32,000 bases of DNA from an uncultured Tolumonas sp. (GTDB lineage Bacteria; Pseudomonadota; Gammaproteobacteria; Enterobacterales; Aeromonadaceae). The position numbers were made by a program, and so were the translations under genes. Each line of letters starts with the position of its first letter. Within the stretch, counting starts at the first letter, position 1. The notes under the pieces are model-generated. The model was not told the DNA's origin. It did no database searches and was given only the letters and a program-made list of their open reading frames with translations. Shown one piece after another: positions 27,291-32,000 of this stretch. The stretch covers positions 1,250,606-1,282,605 of the forward strand of contig NZ_CAXXNL010000011.1 in NCBI RefSeq assembly GCF_963676665.2, read 5' to 3'.

Positions 27291-27677
27291 ATGAAAGTAT
27301 TACCAATCGTTTGGCAGCGACTGGTTACTGCCGATGGTGAAACCTGTGAACGCTGTGGGAATACCTATTTGGAAATGGTTCATGCGGTTGAAATATTACG
27401 GCAAGAACTGCATCCATTAGGCATTGAGCCGGTTTTACGTACGAAGACTATCTCAGAAAATGAGTTTAAAGCTCATCCGGAAGAATCAAACCGGATCTGG
27501 ATCGGCAATAAAGCGCTGGAAGAGTGGCTTGATGCCAAAGCAGGCGAAAGTCAGTGTTGTGCTGCTTGCGGGGATGCCAATTGCCGCACATTACAACTGG
27601 ACGCTGTCGAATATGAGGCTATTCCGCAGCAGCTTATATTAAAGGCTGCATTAAAGGCCGCAGCGATGCTGTTGTGA
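27291..27677 (+). CDS. DUF2703 domain protein (Cys-rich), ~128 aa
   Basis: ATG 27291 has a GGAAGGA SD; the track start is a TTG one codon upstream. WQRLV..DGETCERCG and SNRIWIGNKALEEWL...QCCAACGDANCRTL match the DUF2703 pattern as I recall it. Confidence 0.7.
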   Translation: MKVLPIVWQRLVTADGETCERCGNTYLEMVHAVEILRQELHPLGIEPVLRTKTISENEFKAHPEESNRIWIGNKALEEWLDAKAGESQCCAACGDANCRTLQLDAVEYEAIPQQLILKAALKAAAMLL

Positions 27678-27770
27678 CCCTAAAACTAGGGGGATATACG
27701 ACTATATTATCTGGCACATCTGGGGTGGTAAATAAACGTGCCAGAGATGGTATATAGATAGTGATAATTT

Positions 27771-28148
27771 TCATATGATTTTACAATTAATTAAAGCATC
27801 TTCATTAAATTCATAAATGGCGCATAAACGATGATAACCATCTGCAATGACAACGACGCCATTTTGTTCATCTCTTAATAGAAGCAGTGGGGAAAGCGGT
27901 TCTCCTTTCTCAATTTTTTTCTTGTCTTTCTCAACATGCAGATTACTTACCCCTAATAGTGAGAGTCGGGAAGCTCTAAAGATATCTTTCGCTTTAAAAT
28001 GAACGATAGGTGTGTTTCTATACTCGGCCATCATTTCTGCAACTCGCGACTCAGAATAGATAAGACTGAGATAAGATTCTGCTGCTGGATAATTATGCTC
28101 GGCTACTTCAGGAAACCATTTGATTTCTTTAAACTTAATTTGTGTCAT
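27771..28148 (-). CDS. Hypothetical 125-aa protein with a ParB/Srx-like core motif
   Basis: Clean ORF in AT-rich DNA. The C-terminal PLLLLRDEQNGVVVIADGYHRLCAIY resembles the ParB N-terminal/sulfiredoxin-fold core (..h.v.DGhHRl.A). The assignment is from the motif only. Confidence 0.45.
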   Translation of the reverse strand: MTQIKFKEIKWFPEVAEHNYPAAESYLSLIYSESRVAEMMAEYRNTPIVHFKAKDIFRASRLSLLGVSNLHVEKDKKKIEKGEPLSPLLLLRDEQNGVVVIADGYHRLCAIYEFNEDALINCKII

Positions 28149-28348
28149 TTTTGATTCCCAACGATAATTTGTTTATTAAAGGATATTCGGAATGCTATTA
28201 GAAAATTTTGCCAAATAATTAGTTTAACTCAAAAGGCCGGCGAATTTTGCTCTGAACCACGCCAGAAACTAATTTTTCACATATCAGCTAACCGCAATAC
28301 TATACTTAAGCTGCACCCGCATTCGTCGGTATTAGCGAGGATAAGATC

Positions 28349-28474
28349 ATGGGTAAGGAATGGCAAAGCAACAAAGAAGCAAAAAAACAACCAGCAATGA
28401 CTCCTAAGGAAAAAAAGGCGGCCAAACGGGAAAAGAAACACACCCCAGCCTTTGCTCCGATGCCTAAGAGATAG
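28349..28474 (+). CDS. Possible 41-aa lysine-rich small protein (MGKEWQSNKEAKKQPAMTPKEKKAAKREKKHTPAFAPMPKR)
   Basis: Manual translation. A GAGGA SD lies 6 nt upstream of the ATG, and a strong intrinsic terminator lies about 65 nt downstream. It is too short to appear in the ORF track. Confidence 0.35.
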   Translation: MGKEWQSNKEAKKQPAMTPKEKKAAKREKKHTPAFAPMPKR

Positions 28475-28537
28475 GTCTGTCAGGTGTAGCTAGATGCTAC
28501 TTTTAGATTGTCGAATTGATTAATAGTGGGATCATGA

Positions 28538-28580
28538 ATGTGCCGAATCGGGTTGAGTCGATTCGGCACATTTCATTTTT
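28538..28580 (+). terminator. Rho-independent terminator
   Basis: The 13-bp stem ATGTGCCGAATCG (28538-28550) pairs with CGATTCGGCACAT (28559-28571) across an 8-nt loop, followed by TTCATTTTT. Confidence 0.75.
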
Positions 28581-28883
28581 ATGAATATAAAATGTATTTT
28601 TAGTTAATAATTACCACTATTTTTAATGGTTTGATGTGGTTTGATAATAACCATGCAAAATACATTTTTTAAAATAAATAAATTAAAGTCGGTATTTGTG
28701 ACTTATTCGTCAAATCGTAAGTCTTTCCTTTTGTTTTCCTGCTGTGCTTAATAAAGTGAACTATAATATAAGTGCCTGAATTGTGTTGATCAGTGATCAA
28801 TAGCAAGAAGGTGTAAATGCTACTAATGTTAAACCGAATTGATAAATAAAATCCTTATCCTCTTGAATGGAGCCTTCATCGTC

Positions 28884-29081
28884 ATGGATTCGCACTTAAC
28901 TGAGATTAAAAATGCACATTTATTTATGGAGTATCTGATGTGTTCAGGTATTAAATCACCACGTTCACGTAGCGAAAACTGGGAGCTTGTTGACAAGGAG
29001 CGTGTAGTGGCCAGGATTAAAAAAGACCATAATGGAATTGCAAAGTTCTTTATTTGTGCGGCCATGTTAGGGCGTAAATGA
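28884..29081 (+). CDS. Possible 65-aa hypothetical protein (MDSHLTEIKNAHLFMEYLMCSGIKSPRSRSENWELVDKERVVARIKKDHNGIAKFF...)
   Basis: This is the first ATG of the track ORF 28839..29081 (whose start is TTG), with GGAG 12 nt upstream. A hairpin plus T-run follows. No homology recognised, and an overlapping minus-strand ORF of similar size exists. Confidence 0.25.
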   Translation: MDSHLTEIKNAHLFMEYLMCSGIKSPRSRSENWELVDKERVVARIKKDHNGIAKFFICAAMLGRK

Positions 29082-29108
29082 TTATTTTTATAATTTAGTT
29101 TAATTGTG

Positions 29109-29146
29109 AGCGGGGCTTATTTATAACAGGCTCCGCTTTATTTTTG
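29109..29146 (+). terminator. Possible rho-independent terminator
   Basis: The stem AGCGGGGC (29109-29116) pairs with GCTCCGCT (29130-29137) with one G-U pair and a 13-nt loop, followed by TTTATTTTT. Confidence 0.4.
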
Positions 29147-29288
29147 GCTGATTTTATAACTGAATCGATTAGCTGAATAGATTAACTAAAGAGAATTATT
29201 TATTTTTCAAATCTATCACTTTTATAAATGCTTCGGTGCCTGTTATGCCTCATTTTCACTATCAGACACCGAAGCTATATCTGCTAAC

Positions 29289-30212
29289 TTAAGCTAAATA
29301 TTCAACCAATTGGGTTGCGGTAGGTAATGCTGTCATAGCACCTTTCGCTGTCGTTGCTAATGCACCGCAGGCATTAGCCTGACGGATGATCGATAACAAA
29401 TTCTCGTTGTCTTGCCAGTTATCAGAAGCAACCAGCCCAGCCAGTAAGCCGCCAACAAACGCATCGCCAGCACCAGTAGTATCAACCGGATTAACAGGTT
29501 TCCCAGTTACAAGCTGTTGTTCATTGTTATGAATGACTAATGCGCCTTTTTTCCCTTGCGTGATCACAACCAATGGCAGGTTGTATTGCTCATTCAGCCA
29601 ACTCAGTGCTGTCTGCAAATCTGCTTGTTCAGTCAGGAACAGTAATTCATCATCAGAGAATTTCACCACATCGGCCAGCGCAACGGCTTGTAGTACTACC
29701 GGTTTTAAATCAGCAGGGTTCAGCCAGACTTCTTCACGCAGATTCGGATCAAATGAAACATAACCACCAGCAGCTTTGATCGCTTTCATTGCTGCGAGTG
29801 TCGTTGAACGTGATGGTTCATTAGCTAGCGCAATTGAGCAGACATGCAGCCATTCGCCTTTCTGAAATGCCGGTACATCTTGTGGTTGCAGAAATTGATC
29901 GGCACTTGGTTTCACCATAAAAGTAAAACTACGTTCGCCATGATCATCTAAGTCAACAATAACGGTGGATGTACGGTGCTCTTTATCCAGCTGCATGTAA
30001 TGGGTATCAACACCTTCGTCTTGTAATACTTGTTTCATAAAACGACCCAATGGATCCTGACCAACGCGGCCAAAAAAAGCACTGTCTCCGCCAAGACGGG
30101 AAATAGCGACAGCCACATTGGCAGGTGCACCACCAGGGCATTTCAGATAGTTGGTTTCGCCATTCGGGATCAAATCAACAACCGCATCGCCGGTTACCCA
30201 TACTCTTGCCAT
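29289..30212 (-). CDS. scrK: Fructokinase (PfkB/ribokinase family, ScrK/CscK-like), 307 aa
   Basis: VWVTGDAVVDLIP...YLKCPGGAPANVAVAISRLGG.SAFFGRVG.DP.G and the C-terminal DTTGAGDAFVGGLL are typical of enterobacterial and vibrio fructokinases. Confidence 0.85.
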   Translation of the reverse strand: MARVWVTGDAVVDLIPNGETNYLKCPGGAPANVAVAISRLGGDSAFFGRVGQDPLGRFMKQVLQDEGVDTHYMQLDKEHRTSTVIVDLDDHGERSFTFMVKPSADQFLQPQDVPAFQKGEWLHVCSIALANEPSRSTTLAAMKAIKAAGGYVSFDPNLREEVWLNPADLKPVVLQAVALADVVKFSDDELLFLTEQADLQTALSWLNEQYNLPLVVITQGKKGALVIHNNEQQLVTGKPVNPVDTTGAGDAFVGGLLAGLVASDNWQDNENLLSIIRQANACGALATTAKGAMTALPTATQLVEYLA

Positions 30213-30280
30213 TTCAATTTACTCCATATGTTATCGATACCGGATTCAGGCTTTTGGGCTCCGAGGTATCGTAAAAGGCA

Positions 30281-30302
30281 ATGTAACAAAACTTTGTTAC
30301 AT
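30281..30302. promoter_or_regulatory. Perfect 22-bp palindrome ATGTAACAAA-AC-TTTGTTACAT, a candidate operator
   Basis: 10-bp perfect inverted arms lie 69-90 nt upstream of the scrK start codon. Related TGTAAC/GTTACA palindromes occur at 30408-30419 and 30550-30572. Confidence 0.45.
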
Positions 30303-30798
30303 TTGTATCTTAAGAAAATTTCAATGACAGAAATATAAGCCAGATAAGCAGAGAAACAATAAAGAATTAACTGAACAACGTTGATTTCTGCTGTGGTACG
30401 CAAATTTTTACATATGTAACGCACTTGTCCTGCGTGATGTATTGAGACTATTCCTGTTGTTGGAACACATCACCGCGGTGATTTACTTTCTATTGTGTTG
30501 GTCTCAAATGAGAGCGACCCATTCTTTTCCGCTTGTTTTAGGTATTTGGGGTAACAAATTTTGAGTGTTACCTTTATTTTCCTTGTTGTTGTTGGGTTTG
30601 TTAACCATTTAGTGTGATTTAGATCGTTATTTCTATTGTTTTAACCCCGTATATTGCCGCCAATTCAATGAGTATCTGGTTGTTACATTGAAAAGGAGTG
30701 TTGTTTCGTTGGTGTGATGGTTAACGAACACCATTGATACTCTGTTTTGTGGTCACCAAGGGTGATCGAATTATTGTCAGCAAAGGAAAGGGAAAAAG

Positions 30799-32000
30799 AT
30801 GAAAAAAACCTTACTTGGATTATGTGTTGCCAGTGCCTTTGTCGCGCAGGCAAGTCATGCGCTGGAACTGAAAGCATGGGTTATCGATGGTGATTCTGAA
30901 AAACCATTTTTCCAGCAATTGGAAGAAAACTTTAATGCGAAATACAAAGATCAGAACATTACCGTCGATGTAGTACCTATTCCCGGTTACAACAGTGCGA
31001 TTCAAGCAGCTGCACTTTCCGGTGAGTTGCCTGACGTGATCATGGTGGATGGTCCGAATATGGCGAACTATGTCTGGACCAAACTATTACAGCCGATGGA
31101 TGGTTTGCTGGATAAATCCATCGTGGCAGATTTGCTGCCATCGGTTAAAGAGCAGGGTATTTATGGCCCTGATCAGAAGATTTACATGGTCAGCCCTTAT
31201 GACTCGTCTGTGTTGTTGTGGGGTAACAAAAAATATCTGAAGGAAGCGGGCGTGCGGATCCCGACCGGCATTAAAGATGCGTGGGACGATAAGGAATTCA
31301 CGGATGCACTGGCGAAATTGGCCAAGGTCAAAGGGGTGCAGTGGCCGTTGGATATGAAGCTGAACTATGACGGCGAATGGTACACCTATGGGTTTGCACC
31401 TTTCATTCAGTCACGTGGTGCTGATTTGATCGATCGGAAAACATGGAAAGCAGAAGGCACGCTTGATTCTCCATCGGCTATTGCTGCACTGACTGAACTG
31501 CAGATCTGGTCAAAAAATGGTTGGATTGTACCGGCCACCGCCGGGGACAACCGCTTCTATGGCGACAAATCGGCTGCACTGGCTTGGGTGGGTAACTGGA
31601 TGTGGCGTGCCCATAAAACCGGTCTGGGGAAAGATTTGGTGCTGATCCCGGCGCCAAAACTGGCAGGCAAATCGGTTTCTCCGAATGGTGGCTGGGGTTG
31701 GGCTGTACCAGCTAAAACCAAACATACGGCGGAAGTGGCCAAGTTCCTGAACTTTGCGTTATCTACGGAACAGGTCGCTAAATATGCGGACATCACCGGT
31801 TACATTCCAGCTCGGAAATCCTCGGTGGCGCTGTCTGAAATCTACCGCCCGGGTGGTGAAGGGGCTTTGTTTGTTGAACAGGCACAAAGTGCGGCGATGG
31901 TGCGTCCGGTTCACCCTGCATATCCGGTCATTTCAACCTCCTTCGGCAAGGCGGTGCAACATATTCTGCAAGGCGCTGATGTGAAAAGTGAGCTGCAGAA
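30799..32000 (+). CDS. Sugar ABC transporter extracellular solute-binding protein (family 1); the 3' end lies beyond the window
   Basis: Manual translation from ATG 30799 (AAAGGAAAGGG upstream) gives MKKTLLGLCVASAFVAQASHA (signal peptide) LELKAWVIDGDSEKPFFQQLEENFNAKYKDQNITVDVVPIPGYNSAIQAAALSGELPDVIMVDGPNMANYV..., open to the window end. It is absent from the track because it is truncated. Confidence 0.8.
   Translation, partial: MKKTLLGLCVASAFVAQASHALELKAWVIDGDSEKPFFQQLEENFNAKYKDQNITVDVVPIPGYNSAIQAAALSGELPDVIMVDGPNMANYVWTKLLQPMDGLLDKSIVADLLPSVKEQGIYGPDQKIYMVSPYDSSVLLWGNKKYLKEAGVRIPTGIKDAWDDKEFTDALAKLAKVKGVQWPLDMKLNYDGEWYTYGFAPFIQSRGADLIDRKTWKAEGTLDSPSAIAALTELQIWSKNGWIVPATAGDNRFYGDKSAALAWVGNWMWRAHKTGLGKDLVLIPAPKLAGKSVSPNGGWGWAVPAKTKHTAEVAKFLNFALSTEQVAKYADITGYIPARKSSVALSEIYRPGGEGALFVEQAQSAAMVRPVHPAYPVISTSFGKAVQHILQGADVKSELQ

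Noticed and set aside
28829-29065. 78-aa minus-strand ORF overlapping the 28884..29081 plus-strand candidate.
   Set aside because: The sequence looks like frame noise. The only nearby terminator-like hairpin with a T-run (29109-29146) is oriented for the plus strand. Neither ORF is strongly supported.
29230-29275. 9-bp inverted repeat GCTTCGGTG / CACCGAAGC downstream of scrK, considered as a terminator.
   Set aside because: The loop is 28 nt and there is no clean T-run on the minus strand. It may still be structural, but it is not a confident intrinsic terminator.

Overview
This is a chromosomal segment from a MukBEF-bearing gammaproteobacterium. The gene order resembles the E. coli 20-22 min region: ybjD ... 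elyC / cmoM-mukF-mukE-mukB ... aspC ... helD. An ISAs1-family IS and the moderate GC content hint at an Aeromonadales-like host, but that is inference only. Most of the window is housekeeping: ygjP (partial), a DUF2132 gene, yfcA, the OLD-family nuclease ybjD, pfkA, tpiA, elyC, cmoM-mukFEB, aspC, a four-gene BMP-family (nucleoside-type) ABC transporter operon, helD and a periplasmic PEBP/YbcL protein. The right third is accessory-looking. It holds an AraC-family regulator cleanly split by an ISAs1-family IS, followed by an Fsr-like MFS pump, a CxxC thioredoxin-like protein and a DUF2703 protein. Next comes an AT-rich islet with an orphan ParB/Srx-like small protein and tiny ORFs, then fructokinase divergent from a sugar ABC binding protein across a palindrome-rich 586-bp region. 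The most interesting item is an unannotated ~308-aa ORF wedged between mukB and aspC, starting 15 nt after the mukB terminator. Its C-terminal half reads, by eye, like a JetD/MksG-type (DUF2220/Toprim) domain with the acidic catalytic residues substituted. This could be a vestigial or repurposed fourth partner of a canonical MukBEF condensin. It rests on motif recognition only and needs HMM and structure checks. No rRNA, tRNA or CRISPR was seen.
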